64,000 nt of DNA from Chrysomallon squamiferum (GCA_012295275.1 CM022670.1:17050001-17114000), one strand, 5' to 3'. Numbered from the stretch's first letter, positions 14,801 to 33,090 are shown. Numbers and translations: made by a program. Notes: generated from the sequence alone by a model not told the origin.

Positions 14801-15727
14801 TTCCAGAACATATTTCAAAATACAGCAGAAAAAAAAAAAAAAAAATTAAAAATCAAAATACGTCTGACTGCTAAGTATCAAACGTGTGGTTTTATATAAT
14901 GAAGATATCTGTAATAAATAAATACATAAATAAATAAATAAATAAATAAATACATAAATACATAAATAAATAAATAAATAAAACATTGTCTTTTCTCTGT
15001 GATCTACTCGTATTGATTAACTGCAAGATAGTGTTAATATTTAAGTTGCTGCAGACATTATACCAGTGCCCTGTACTCAGAGTGGGACACTGCCAGAAAA
15101 AAGATAACGGGAAAGATATATAGTGGTGGATTAATATTACGACACCTCAGTACAAACTGCTCCAGAGCTGGGGCTAGAAGACTGAAATACATGTTAATGT
15201 AAAACTCACCTAAGAAGGTCAAGAAACGTGTCTGCTGGATTGACCACTTTAGCTTCTCCTGTTCTCTCGTAATCATCTGAGCCTCCACCTCGATGTCCTG
15301 GCTGGATGCTGACCACGAGTATGATCCCCAAGATGACCGCTGCAAGGGTTGTGGTCAGGTAGTAAGTGATGGCGAAGGCTCCCATCTTGCCGGACGCCCG
15401 GGTGTCCAGAGCGGTGAGTCCGGAGATAAGACTGGACACTATCAGAGGAAGAATCAGCATCTTTAGCATGTTCATGAGAAGATCACCAGGAAACTTCAGG
15501 TATCCGATCTCTTTTTCTGTGAGAGGGGGGTCGAGCTGTCGCAGCCCGGCCCCCAGGGCAATGCCAAGAAAGAGAGAGAAAACGAGACAGATGAGAAGAA
15601 TGTTCTTCTTCATGTGTTCCAGAAGTCTGGACAAACGCGACGGCTCATCGGGTCCAATAGCAGGCACATCTTCTGTAGATAAATCCGTGATAAACGGGGA
15701 TCCTTTCTTCGATGTGTTCATATCCAT
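3145..15727 (-). CDS. Excitatory amino acid transporter (SLC1A/EAAT family Na+/glutamate symporter), 8 coding exons, 534 aa
   Basis: Exons in transcript order: 15727-15210, 9179-9137, 8278-8215, 7884-7701, 7036-6803, 5867-5673, 3815-3681, 3376-3145. All introns are GT-AG and phases join (1605 nt). Motifs: [46 protein letters not shown] (HP1), [14 protein letters not shown] (TM7), [14 protein letters not shown] (HP2), DWLLDRFRT (TM8 Arg typical of acidic-amino-acid carriers, not ASCT). N-glycosylation sequons NIT and NDT lie in the 64-nt loop exon. Vertebrate paralog not assignable. Confidence 0.96.
6250..6750. repeat. (GTA/GTT)n low-complexity tract including three ~45-bp higher-order units
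   Basis: gttatagtaRtaaRagtagttgcagtagtagtagtagctgttgtt x3 at about 6544-6680. Confidence 0.85.
7549..7610. repeat. Near-perfect palindrome/hairpin (28-bp stem, 6-nt loop) in an EAAT intron
   Basis: taaaattaatgttttgcaataaatcctt-ttaatg-aaggatttattgcaaaacgttaatttta; one mismatch. Confidence 0.9.
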
Positions 15728-16218
15728 GACTGAGTCTGGAAAAACAGTGGACAAAACAGAACTTTAAGATAATATTTTATTAATTCAAACTAATGAAGAT
15801 AATGTTTTATTTAGAAACCTAACTGGCAATTGTTCAATAATATTTTACTTAGAAAATTAATTCCGACTAGTTAAGGATATTTTTGTTCAGAAACTTAATT
15901 CAAACTATTTGCTCTGTTATTTAATTAGAATTATTAATGCCTGTATGTAGGTGTGTACGTACGTGTATATGTGTGTGTGTGTGTTTTAACTTATGAGTAA
16001 ATATATCACGAGCAAGTAAATTAATAACTGATACTGTTAAAACTGCATTAATATAGAAACAAGAATTTAATAATAATAATAATAAAAATGGTAATTATTA
16101 TGATGATAATGATGATGATTATAATAAAAAATAAATAAATCACTTTTTAAATATTTCACTCACAATCAGTTACCAAGCGATTTCATCACAAAATAAAAAG
16201 TGTAAAAATGATACGTAC

Positions 16219-16388
16219 TTTTATAAAATTCGAAAGTTCTTTTCTTTCAGACAGTTATTTCATCGACACGTTGAGGTGAACGCCGGCAGATTACAAAAAA
16301 AACCTGCAGATTTCAGTTAGACGTCTGCTCTCTGCTGACAGTCGAACTGACATATGCAAATATTCCGTTCAGCCAATCAGCGCGGCGG
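16219..16388 (-). promoter_or_regulatory. Probable EAAT promoter and non-coding first exon
   Basis: The first coding exon starts at a splice acceptor (tttttccag|actcagtcATG, 15735), so an upstream exon is needed. Candidate minus-strand donor GTACGT at 16218-16213. NF-Y-type AGCCAATCAG at 16371-16380, next to a CpG cluster. Confidence 0.45.
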
Positions 16389-16963
16389 AGACTTCTGAAA
16401 TACGATCAAGCCGTACTTAAATTTTCCGAATGCAAAACAAATATACAAAGCATTGAATAATGTTAAGCTGAATTCGTGATCGAGAAGAATTAAAAAAAAA
16501 AAAAAAAACGAAATGACATTAAGTGGTGATGACCAGCAACAGTTCGGCATTTGGGGAGACACAGTTTCACCATTCAAAACATGTCATACGATTTACCTTG
16601 TGTTTGCCGATAGCAAATTAAATCGTTTTGTTTGAGAAAGGTTTTTTTTTTTTTTTTTTTTTTTTTCTGCCGAGTCAAAACGTAACTGAAAAGCTTTAAT
16701 AGTGTCTGTCATAAGTTTTATTTCCCTTTAATCTGTCACCAGTAAATATATTTACTCCTTAATCTCCGTTCATACCACATAACTAGTGTTTGAAAGGTCA
16801 TCATGGCATGTACTTCGTTTAGAGAAAGATGCTTATAAAAAAAAAATCGTGTTGTAACTAACGAAATGAAGTGTCAAACAGTTTGTCCTCTTCCAGATCA
16901 TTACTATATAAAAATAGCAGTTCATATTTAAGTGTTAAACATAGATATATGTTACAGTTCTGT

Positions 16964-17009
<46 letters not shown>

Positions 17010-18539
17010 CTGGTAAAACTAATAATTATTATTCTTATAATACTCAACCCAAAATCAACACAATAACGACATTATACTTCATTATAATCGAAAACGTTTA
17101 GTGATTTTTCTTCTAAATTACCTAATTTGTATCTTTGTGTAACCATATTTTCTCGAATTTTAAAATGGCTTTGTGTATCCTATGTCATTATTCGCCTGCA
17201 AACAGTTTTCAAGTTATATGAAATAAACAGTAAAGTCAAACGAAACACACATTTTTTTATCTGCAGAGCAGAAAATGGGAAAATTAATTATTTCATTTGC
17301 ATTATTAGATCAGTCTGTTATTGCAGCTGTTGCTATTGACATCTTGATTAAGGATGATATTTTAAAACCTGTATGTCATTATAAAATTGGAGAAGATAAT
17401 TAAATTATTTAGTAGAAATGCAGTTTAAAATATGAGGCCTTAGACCTGTATATATTTTGTTTGTCAAAAATTCAGATAATATTATTAATAAATATTAAGC
17501 TTTCATTCAAACACTGATAAAAATTAATACAACTACTGCTGCTTTCCCTTTTACCGCTGTACACAACTACTACTACTGCTTCACCTTATACCACTATTAC
17601 AACAACTGTAACAACCATTCATTCCCATGTTACAGCTATTACAACAGCTACAGATATTAGTGCTACTACTACTGCTACTGTTATTACTATTACTACTGCT
17701 ATTAGTTATTTTATTTAAGTAGTTAAAGCCCGGTCATGTGACCCTTCTTTTCGTAGAATCAGTCTTTCTCAACGTTTACACTTGGTATTGTGTTTTTTTT
17801 TTTTTTTTTTTTTCCGGTATAAAGCATTTCAGCAGCCTTTTACTATTTAGAATAATTACGCCATAGATGTAAGAAAAACGAAACACTATATCATATATAT
17901 GTAAAGATTGCATTAATTTTATTGAAATTGTATTGAGATTTACGGAAATTCCGATCAGTTTGTCATCCGGTTTTACAGTTGAAATGCAAACATCAAAGTT
18001 TGCTTCACGGTGAACAGCAATATATGATTTTCAGAAATTTATTATTTTCATTTTTTTTTTCTTTTTCTTTTTTTTTTTCTATTTTTATTTTTTTTATTCT
18101 ATTTTATAGAAATATATTTTTTTAACTTTGTGACTAGCTCAAATAATTTTGAAAAATAGAAAATGTGTTTGTATATATTTATGTGTGTGTATATTGATAC
18201 GTATTATATGTATGAACATTACGTTTGTTTGTATGTATGTAAATATGTATGTTTGTATGTACGTAATACTAATTTTAAAAATACCATATGTAGTTTCTCT
18301 TTCTCTCTATATATAGGCCCTAGAGAAATTACATATGGCATTTTATATATATATATATATTAATTTAATTTATTGTATTATTTTTAGGTATGGGTTAGAT
18401 CATGACAAAACAGTTCTTTTTTTATATTGTACTAAATTATGACGTTTTATCGTAGGTGGGATGATTCTTTTTTTTTTTTTTTTAAATTATATAGTTTTTA
18501 TTAAAGCATTACAATTAATATAGTTCGCAGTAACATTAC

Positions 18540-18870
18540 GCTCGAAACCGTTCCATCAGTTTTTCCAGGCGGCGCTGCGTACTGCTATAACATATCAAAC
18601 AACAACTGTTATCGGACTCCCGGGGCCTAAATTTCTGGATTTTTTTTTATTAAAGACATATAAATACTTAAATAGTTGGGCATAAACATTTTGAAATTAA
18701 AAACCGTTGACGACAGTTTGGCGACCAGGTAAACAACGCGGCGAGTGAATGAACGCCAAACGGCTTGAAAGACTAGTTCCGGTGAGGACAACACACGCCC
18801 GCGCGAACCATGAATTGACGTCGGGAAATAAATTCCGGTTTTCTGGTCTTTATTTCAGGACGCCGGATAA
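18540..18870. promoter_or_regulatory. CpG-rich island-like element between EAAT and tRNA-Pro
   Basis: Dense CpGs (ggcggcgctgcg, cgcggcg, cgcccgcgcg), TGACGTCG and two TTCCGG in an otherwise CpG-poor background. Confidence 0.35.
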
Positions 18871-18883
18871 TTGGTTATTACCT

Positions 18884-18930
<47 letters not shown>

Positions 18931-19347
18931 TAAATTTAAAAGTTTTGAAGATACTTTCACCTCTGAATGGCCAAACATTAAACTTATTATTTAAAAACAG
19001 ACCTAAAGCTAAGTTCGGCTGTAGATACTTTTAAATTATAAATATTATATAAATATGTCAGATCAACATTTCGAAATAAAATATTCCAAAATAATAAATT
19101 ATTCTCAACTATATATATATATATAGTATCAGATTTGATACTGGTACAATGATACCTTTTTTCATTTATTGCACACACAGATTCATAATTTATTTGGATC
19201 CAAATCATGTCATGAGACACACTTTGTTCTATCTCATACTTCCTGACAACAGCAATAAGTATGTTATTTATTTATTCTGATTCTGATTCTGATTCTTATT
19301 CTTTTTCTTGTTCTTATTTATTTATTTATTTATTTATTTAATTAAAA

Positions 19348-19405
<58 letters not shown>

Positions 19406-20109
19406 ATTTTACATTTGCTTCCAGAGATGCAGCTTTGACAACAAATTCCAAACACACAATAAACATTTTTTTTTTTCCATTAAACAAGGGTATTCAAATA
19501 AACAAAAACAAAATAATAATAATAATCATTTTTTTTTTTTTTTTAATCTAATAAGAATAAGAATAAAAAATTAGATGGAACTTTCACAGAAGTAAATCGA
19601 TCAGTCCACTGTTAGAAACATGTTACATGACAGGTACTTAAAATTAATTATAACAGAGGCAAAAAGAAAGTCAGACAGACAAACTGACAGGCAGAGAGAC
19701 TTATGGAAATATTATATAACATACATGCATAAAGACACACACGAACACACACACATTATGATTTTTAATATTAATAATAAAACTCACCAACCCATAAAGA
19801 ATAAAACGTATTCACACTAGCCAAATACGAATATCTTACTGAATGACATGTGAGAGGACGTGTAAAAACAATACACCATAAATTACTATGTCATAAATTT
19901 ATTACCTGATAAGCGTAGAAAGGCATTTCAAGTGAAAAGTGAAAAATTAACAAGAGCACAAGGGAATATTTCTGTTTTCGTTAATGTGATTGTTTGTGGT
20001 TTCGGGATGTTATGCATTTGCATCTATCATCTTCATCAGCAAAAGTCCAAGAATGAAGTCAAGAACAAAGTAAACGAAATAAAAGGAATGAAAATAAATG
20101 AAAAAAATA

Positions 20110-20181
20110 GGGCTCGTCCGGGATTCGAACCCGGGACCTCTCGCACCCAAAGCGAGAATCATACCCCTAGACCAACGAGCC
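20110..20181 (-). tRNA. tRNA-Pro (anticodon TGG), intronless
   Basis: Reverse complement GGCTCGTTGGTCTAGGGGTATGATTCTCGCTTTGGGTGCGAGAGGTCCCGGGTTCGAATCCCGGACGAGCCC is a canonical 72-nt eukaryotic tRNA-Pro with intact A and B boxes, followed by a T7 Pol III terminator (20101-20107). Confidence 0.98.
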
Positions 20182-20561
20182 ATTGTTAATTATAGATTTC
20201 AAAAATAGTCTACATATGATAATTCTCCGTCAGTGAAATTTTATTGATATTGTCATAGTTACAGTGAATGAATATTAATTATTTTGATATGCTTAAATTG
20301 TTCTCAAAATTACAAATTTTCAAGACATTTCTCTTATTTGTACCGTGTTATCATAAACAATGTTGTTCCTGCTCTGTAAATGTTACGATGTCCTGAAATA
20401 TTCATGCTCAGAACTATTTTCTTTTAGTGTTGTATATTTCTGGTGAGTTATTTGGTTGCATCCGGTGTCAATGTAAACGAAAATTGGTTTGTTTTTTTTT
20501 GATGTGAATGTAATTTTCTAGTTGGACAACAAAAGTCATAATTTTAGGGAAAAAATAAATC

Positions 20562-24520
<3,959 letters not shown>

Positions 24521-26987
24521 TCTCACATCAGCATGTCAACACACACTCGAGTTCCAGCCAGTATTGTCCAGAAACCAAACATTGGAGTGTTTACCTCCGA
24601 CGAGCTGCAACATGATAAACATGAATGTTAATCAGTAACCGTGTTTTCAAATAACTGAGCATCATTTTAACATCTGCATAATTTTACACCTTTCTTTATT
24701 TTAGGTATGTGGTATTAAGTATCGAGATTTTGTTTTACTTACACAAAAGTTTTTTTCATTTTGATTACTGTTTTTCAGTGAATATAAATGGATTTTTTAA
24801 AATTGTATAATTTGATATAAATTTAATATATATTAAAACATGAGATGTATCTACATTTTAACTCCAATTTACACTGTGATAACAGCATGTATTCTAAATG
24901 AAAAAACACATTATTTTGTATGTATAAACAAGTACTTTTGTTAACAAAATATTGTCTATAAAAAAGCTGTGATATATAAACCTCTAATTAATGTTTGTTA
25001 TTTTTTTTTTATCATGTTATGGAATTAAATATCTTTGCAATGTGGAAAGTCAAAATCTTTCTAATAAAAACATAAAGTATTTTCACCATCAGTAAAATTT
25101 AAATGTGGATGTTACTGAATCTTTTGTCTGTTTCCACCAATATTTATAATAAAATCTTGTCATAGTATTGAAAATGCATTTTACAAGTTGCCTTTTATAT
25201 CAGCCCTAATTTTAACATGTATGACTGATGAGAGGTATAACACATCCTTTACATTGTAACTACAGTATTACTTGTTAAATCATTACTGTCTGTTATCTTT
25301 TTGGAATTATGATTGAGGTTACAATATAATGGTTATTCTGTTTTGACCACCAGCATTGAATTTTGACATTTTATCCATTTAGTTTTTTTTTTTTTATGTA
25401 CTGCTTCAAAAGTACATGAAACAGTGAGTCAGGCCTAACCTTGAACTCTTCATTGTGTACCCAAATCTTGCAAAAACTGATTGTGCCGGTGCAACTAAAA
25501 AACTCATGTAAGTTGAATGTAAGACTCTCAGATAGAAAACAAATATTCAAATCAAACTTTTGGCTGCTAAAATTATTCACCACCCCAAAATGAATAAAAC
25601 ATAATTCCTCCATTAAAATGCCAGCCTTGCAGCCACCATTAATAAGTGATAATCAGTAGCAAAATACAAAATGATCATGTAAATAATTCACAATAATTTT
25701 GTGGATGCATAGTCCTATACAACAAGACTGAAAAAAGAAATGTTTCAAGATTAACTTTTTCATTCCCCATTTCTTTGAGTTTATGTTTACAGGTTTAAAA
25801 AAACAACACGCTCACAAAAATTTGTTTTTAATTGGGATTTGAATTCAGTGAGTCCCTGTCCATGACAGTAACATGATAGTCCCTCTTTTGAACTCACTAG
25901 ATTTGGATAATTGCATTCATATAAAGAGTTGACAGGTTAGGAAGAATCCATATGGACAGAACGACTGGTCTAACATTGCTTCCATAATGACCTCTGTTCA
26001 TGGTAAATACAACAGCACGTAAGAAAATACCCAGTTTATTGGTTATTAAGAGCTCAAGGATTAAGATATATCTCTGTCTGGCTATCTGCACATATTACAT
26101 GATTTTAACCCCATTTTCTGTGTTTTCATCACTTCTGTAATTCATGAATATTCATTTTCCAGTGATGGAGTTTCTTGTTCTTACACACCAGTCCAGTATT
26201 CATCTGATAAATGTTTATGTTATTAAGTAGATCTTGGTTCCTCATTTTTATAATAAATTTACTGTGAGAACTTTCACTATAACTGGCTGAAATATGGGAT
26301 CTAGAAACAATTTTGTCTTATGTAAATTCAATATGGTGGAGTACACAGAGAGGAATTATTACACATACTTAATATTCTTGCTTTAAAACAAAACAAAATC
26401 TTTTTATATTACTGTAACAAAGTCAAACATTATGTAGTTCAGGATTTCAAGAAACCACAACTGAAATCAATGAATGGTAAAAATGTGTTGGTCTCATGAT
26501 TAGTAGTCAAATCAATTCAAATGATTCCTCTATAAGGAACAGCTCTTAATTTAGATCCCTAATGTGTGTTTCATAAAATTGATGAATCTTTTTTGAAAGA
26601 AATGTCAAAATTTTTAAAAATAAAAATAAATAAAATGCAGATTAGAACACTTCTCTGACAAAATAAAACACAAAAGAAATCGTTTTCATTATTTTATTTA
26701 TATTTTGTCAAAGAAAACAAAAATGTTCTTATAAATATTAAGAGCAACCTTAATGTAACCTGGTACACAATACAAAAGATTTACAAAAATTAAAGTGATA
26801 AAAGAATAAAATGAAATCAACAATAAAAAATAAATAAAGTTTAGTTCTGTAAATTTGTACAAAGTTAATGAGAACTTTGAATACATACAAAGCAATTTCA
26901 AAACTGAAATCCTTTTTAAAATTGTATGTTACACATATTGTACAGTTTAATATAAAACATCCAGATGAAACTTCTTTATTTACATTT

Positions 26988-27040
<53 letters not shown>

Positions 27041-27151
27041 AAATTAAACTGGAAAATGCAAAAAAAAAAAATATTGTTAAATACATTCATCTAAAAACCA
27101 AAATTCTGGATCAGTTCTGCAAATACTGTTGAATCTTCCCCCATAAAATTA

Positions 27152-30100
27152 TTATAAAGATCCTTCGTAATTTCTAATACTGGAGTTGCTTTGTTCAGAA
27201 ATAGAAATCACTGGTCCTGTTAGTGTTTGTCCATTGAGAGCAACATCCCCCAACATCTCCAGATTGCACGAGGGGTTAAACTTACTTACTCCTACATCTT
27301 TTACTACAATTTTGACAGCTGTATTATCCTTACAGTCAATTTTTCCATCAGCTCCTGTCTCAGATTCCATGGCACCAGGATTCCGGTTATCTGGATGGTT
27401 TGAAATATCTATGCTTTCAAATCTAACTGTCTGAAGTCGCCAAAAACCATCTGTATCTAGTTTGTACCTATAAAAATAATAAATCAAATCAAATCAAATC
27501 AAATTAAGTATAGTTATTAATTCTACAACTTATTTTAAAATAAATCATTCCTTTTATCATTTACTTAACTAAATAAATAAATAAATAAAAAAATAAATAA
27601 AAAAAATAAAAAATAAATAAACAAAACCTTTTTTTTTAAAAACAAACAACATTATGAAATTTTCAAATTGAACCAAGTTAACTGCTTACTGGAATCTGGA
27701 GTGTCCGGAAGGCCATTTAAATTTGTGATTTTTCTTCAGGTGTCGCGTCAACAGAGAACCCCGTGTGAACTTCTTATGACACAGGTGACAGTAATATGTA
27801 CGAGTGTCATTTGACTGAAATGGATTCAATACTGTCATGGTTCTTTGTTAAATGTTTGTTACATAAAAATTATAAATTCCAGTGGCTAGCAATTAATTGT
27901 AAATCAAGACAGTATGAATATATAATATTTGATATCAATGAAATATGTAAAAATAATAATTTCACTGGGTGAATTAACTGTGAATTAATAGTCTGAGTAT
28001 AAAATATTTGACATCAATAAAATGTTATACAAAAATGACAAATTTCACTCTTTGAACTGAATGTAAATTAATACAATTTGAATACAATTTTTTTTTATGC
28101 AAGATATATCTATGCATATCACACAGATTATCTATAATCATTTTCCTTGATTAAATAAAAATAATTTTTTTTATTAAACCTACTGTATGAGCTTTCTTTG
28201 TGTGGTTTGCAATACTCCAGTAACATCGAGCCTGGAAGTCGCAGCCTTCCACATGGCAAGCATAGAAAGACTGATCACTGTGATTCTCCATGTGTCTTCT
28301 CAGGTCTGACGATGACTTGCTCCTGACATCAAAATAAATATTCACTGTTAAATATTTCACAATAATGTGTCTACTGCTGTGTTATACACAATGTTATGAT
28401 TTTGCTGATACTATCTTGATATGCCAAATAAAGAGTAGGAAAACACAATAAACAAAACCAAAAATTTTTTGTTTTTGTATAGAATAGTACATCAGAATAG
28501 TACTTTGTTTTTAGTTCAGAAAAGGTTGCAGATGAAAACATTCTAAGTCTTTCTGTGGAACTGGTGGTGGATTTGGCAAATTTGATAGACTGACCAAGTG
28601 TTTCAACTTAGTTAATTAAGAATGGTACAAATCACTGCTCCTTATTATAAAATAAACATATCCGAGATAAAACAGGAGCATTTTAGCTCATTGTGCTTGT
28701 AAACATCAAGGCTGAAGTAATACTAATAATCATTATCTTTTAAATTAACAAACGACAAGAACTCTCTCCCATCTCTTTGGATGTTCTCAATGGTTTTACT
28801 AACATCTTTCTACCAGTACACTGGACACGAAGCTATTATCTCCAATCATTTACCAGTAACAACAGACTCTATAATAATAGTAAACTTACCGATGATCACA
28901 ATGAGCACACCTAAAAGGTTTTTCCTCAGAATGCCGATACTTGATGTGATTACGAAGGCTGGATGGAGCAGGACAGGTCATGTCACAGAAAGGACACTTG
29001 TAGTGATTCACTGTAAAGACATGATGAGGATACATCGATGTGTAATTTTTAACTAACTCAGATGTGAATGTTTTTTTACTACACTATGATGTAATGATTT
29101 TTCATTAAAAACACCCATTTTGATAAAAACAAAAAAAAAAGGAAGGGAGGTAATTCCTCTTTTAAACTCTGGAAAGCCTCTTCTTACATTCTCCTTAAAC
29201 TTTTGTTCTGTACTGCAAACTAAAATTCCCCTTTTAAACCCAAAACTACGATATTTTTTATTTGATGAAAAATGCCATTCTTAGAAAAGAGAATTCTGAA
29301 AGTTATCTATGTTATTAATGTACATATATGTTAATTCTGAGTAGAATACAATTATCCTCAATATAAATTTAAAATAACAGCTGTAAGTAATTCCACAAAA
29401 TTAACATGGCCTCAGACGTGTTGTTTTTAATTGTAATTGGAACAATCTGTCAGTTTTACTTAATTACTTCATCATTAAAAAGCAAAGAAACATGTGCAAT
29501 ATCTGAATGAACTATTTACCGTGATGTCTCATGTGGTCGCGGAGAAGTCGGTCAGATGCAAACTTCTTGTTGCAGTGATTACACTGGTGAAGGTCAACTG
29601 AAATTTTAATTATTTACAAGTTACTGCTTTTTCTTTAGTGACACGATTATTTTAAAAACTAGAGAAGTGGTAACTGATTATAAACATCCAACAGTTGTCT
29701 TAAAATTACTGTTATTAACTGGATTTTCATGGAAATGGACAGTGGATAAAATAGACAAAAATGGACAAGCTTTCTTCTTTTCTAATGATCATTCTTGTAT
29801 CAATTACAATTCTTTTCCTATCATGTCTGTTTTGCCTTCTTTTTCAGTGCACACTTTTGAGGACTGAATCATATTTAATTGTTTCTGTTTATACCTAAAA
29901 CATGATTTACATAGGTCAAAAAAAAAAAAAAAAAAAAATAAACAAACAAACTTTTATTTTTTCACCTCTACAGTGATAAAATTAAATATTTAACAAATTT
30001 TAATCACTGTACTTACTAGTGATTTCTTTCTGTCGTTTTATGTGATCAAACAGCTTAGTGCGATTTGAGAAGAGACCTCCGCAAGTGGGACAGGCAACCA

Positions 30101-31650
30101 CTTTTTCCTGCGTGTGACTTCTAACATGTTCCCTCAGCTTGTACTTGCTCTTGAAGGTGCTGTTGCATGCTGAAATAAATTGAAGGTTGATAAAAGAAAC
30201 TGTATGAGTGTATCAGAATAGCAAACAAATAACACAGGATTTTTTTTTTATTTTTTTTTACATAATAAAAATCTTTAGAATGTCTCAAACAAAACAGAGG
30301 TTGAAGGTGAATAGAGAAACTGTATCTAACACATTTGATTAAAAAAAAAAAAAAAAAAAAATCTGTATCAAAATAGCTTTAGTTTTACTAATGAAAACGA
30401 AAACATTAAACTGCACATGAAAGAATACAACACAATAACACAGGATTTAATAAAAAGAAACAACTTCTGAATACGTCAGACACAATAATTTGATGTTTTA
30501 TTATGAGCAATTAGGCAAAATGAAAAAATATTTACATACTTTCCCAAGAACAGGGGCAGCCTCCTTTAACATCATTTCCATCTGGAAAACTATCAATGTG
30601 CTGATTCACATGACCGTAAAAGAGAACTGGGTTGTCTAAAGTAAACTGAAACAATACAACACACAAATGAATGTATCCTTGGACCATGCTGGAATCAACT
30701 GATTTGATATATAAAAAAAAAAAATAAAAAATTTATTGAGGAAAAATTGTTCCATTTGTAATGTACTTTTAAACAGAATTTCTATCAGAATTTTCACAAA
30801 AAAATAATCTATGAATAAATATAGTAATGTTTCATTTATAATCTATTTTCCACTATTTTCAGATGATAATCTGTTAAGAAACATACACATAATCAATAAT
30901 TCTTATCCCAAAATATCTAATTATCAGCATGTAATAAACACATATATTTTCTACCTTTAACTATCAAGATTATTTATAATTATAATAAATTATAATTATC
31001 TGTTATTGTTGTTGTTGTCAAGTGATGGTGAAATAATTATAATGAATTTGTAGTGTGAATTTAAGTGTGACAATCTTGACTATTTGTATTACCAAAATAA
31101 AATTATACCCCACATGAATCCCATCCACAATGTAGTCTTTCGGGAAGTTCTGGAATCCAGTTTCGACTGTGTGCGTCCATAAGACAGGGTGGTGATTCAC
31201 TTTTGTGCAACAGCAACTGACCAAAACACTTCAACCGAGCATGAAAAGCATGGAAGTAAACATGGCGCTCAAAATCCCCATAATTTCCAAAAATCTGACA
31301 ACCACATTCACACCATTTGCAGTAAAAGGTGTTAGCTGCAATTAATAAATAAAAACCAAAAGTTAAAAACAGTATTAAAACCTCTTAAAACCTGATGAAT
31401 TCTCAGCTTTATGTAACATTATAAAAAAATATATACAGTTTTATATAATATTTATTTTTCGGTAAATCTCACCATTTTGCTGTTTAGTGTTGACACAAAA
31501 CTCGGCAATGTGCGCAGACAGGTGCAGGAGGAAGTTTTTCATCGTTAACGACAGTGTATTGCACTGCTCCCACTCACACAGGTACGTGTACTCCTCCTCC
31601 CGAACCATGATCGCACGGCTGTGAGTTTTTTTCCTTTCTATGTCAGCCAT
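27152..31650 (-). CDS. HINFP: Histone H4 transcription factor (HINFP/MIZF), multi-C2H2 zinc finger, 9 coding exons, 480 aa
   Basis: Exons 31650-31473, 31335-31109, 30645-30540, 30169-30017, 29597-29520, 29010-28890, 28322-28184, 27814-27690, 27467-27152; GT-AG, phases consistent (1443 nt). Diagnostic segments: [58 protein letters not shown], and the HINFP-specific [13 protein letters not shown]...[12 protein letters not shown]. Confidence 0.96.
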
Positions 31651-32099
31651 GTTGAAATCTGAAAGTTAAAAATACACTAATAATAATCTGGCGTGTTCAA
31701 ATATTTTTTAAAAATTACAAAGATTTGAAATAAAGTAAAGTGTTAATAATTATTTTATGTATGATTTCTTTTTATACATTTTTAAATGATATTATGTTAA
31801 ATTAATAAATTAATTTCGTTTTGAATTCTTTATTTTATATTTTCTTTTTAATGTCTTCTGAGACTTTGCTCAGTGGTATGAATTTCAAGCCTTTATATAA
31901 TTTAATAAGAAATATGCAGCAAAAGTAAAATGTCATAATCTTGTGTTCTATTATTGACAGATATAATAAAAATAATGACAAAGTTAAAATAAAATTGAAA
32001 TGATTATGGTGTTTTCAGATATTAATCCGTTTTAGTTTCTGGTAGTTATCTTCATAATTTTGCATTTTATCCATAATTTGTAAAAGATCCAGACAATAA

Positions 32100-32290
32100 A
32101 ACAACATATTAACAATGTGGGCACTTTCACTACGTCACGACCCAAGTCCAGTATTTGAGATTTCACAGAAAGATGAAGAACAGGTGATCCCACCCGTACC
32201 GGAAAATTCTGGATATCGCGGGCTTTTTTTTTTTTCTTTCTTTCTTTTTTTAATTTACTGGCACTGGATATACAAAAGAAATATATATAA
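32100..32290 (-). promoter_or_regulatory. Possible HINFP promoter / non-coding first exon
   Basis: The first coding exon begins at an acceptor (31658). This stretch has local CpG enrichment, a CRE-like TACGTCA (32131), an ETS-like CCGGAA (32199) and a candidate minus-strand donor GTACGG (32199-32194). Confidence 0.3.
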
Positions 32291-33048
32291 AATCGGATCG
32301 GCAAAATAGAAGAACATAAACGCTTTTATATATTCGATCCATATTTTCCTTCTTAACGAGACACTATTAATATTATCATGCGATCAAAATGATACCAACG
32401 ATTTGGTTAGTAGACTAAGACTTACTACTTGGTACACTTACTGTTAGAGGAGACACACCGATAGATAGCTGACCGTTAACAGATAAAACAGCCGAATACT
32501 GTCTGATATTAATTGATATCATCCACACATGATGCTCTCTGTTCCATTTAGGATGATATTTAATCGCTTTATCTTACGATCAGTAATAAAAATTTCTAAG
32601 ACTAGGACTTAGTAAACATCTTCAGCATCCGCGCTATTTCTTCCATAATCATGAAATTAATTACAAATTCCAAACGACTAGTTCCGCTTTTTCTGCGTCT
32701 AACCAAAGCCCAGTCTATCTGTTTTTCTTCTAATCTCATGCCGCAGTTTTTGCTTTTTCGCTTCTTCTTTTTTAGATAAAATTAAACCGATGATTTAACT
32801 TTTTTCAGTGATGAGTTCTAAACAACCTACCTTTTAAACAAACGTATATTGTATAAATGAAATCTATGAATTGTATCCGATGTAATAACTCCGATTAAAT
32901 AAACCTGAGGTTTCAGCATTTTATTTCGATAGTCAAAAAAAAAGGTTTATTGTAGGTCAAAACTTTGATCAGCCAGATAAAATAATCATAAAAAATACCG
33001 ACGGGCAAATCAAACCCTTATCCTAGGTTGCGTTCTAGCCAGCAGGAC

Positions 33049-33090
<42 letters not shown>

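Noticed and set aside
15366-15767. 133-aa plus-strand ORF, and similar ORFs at 3206, 7674, 27186, 56555 and 58115
   Set aside because: Antisense shadows of real exons.
20465-20478. Possible RFX X-box / forkhead site upstream of CFAP95 (gtgtcaatgtaaac)
   Set aside because: Too many mismatches to the X-box consensus to support by eye.
30180-30450. Degenerate intronic duplication in HINFP; another near 27910-28075
   Set aside because: Old local duplications with no new exon or splice site evident.
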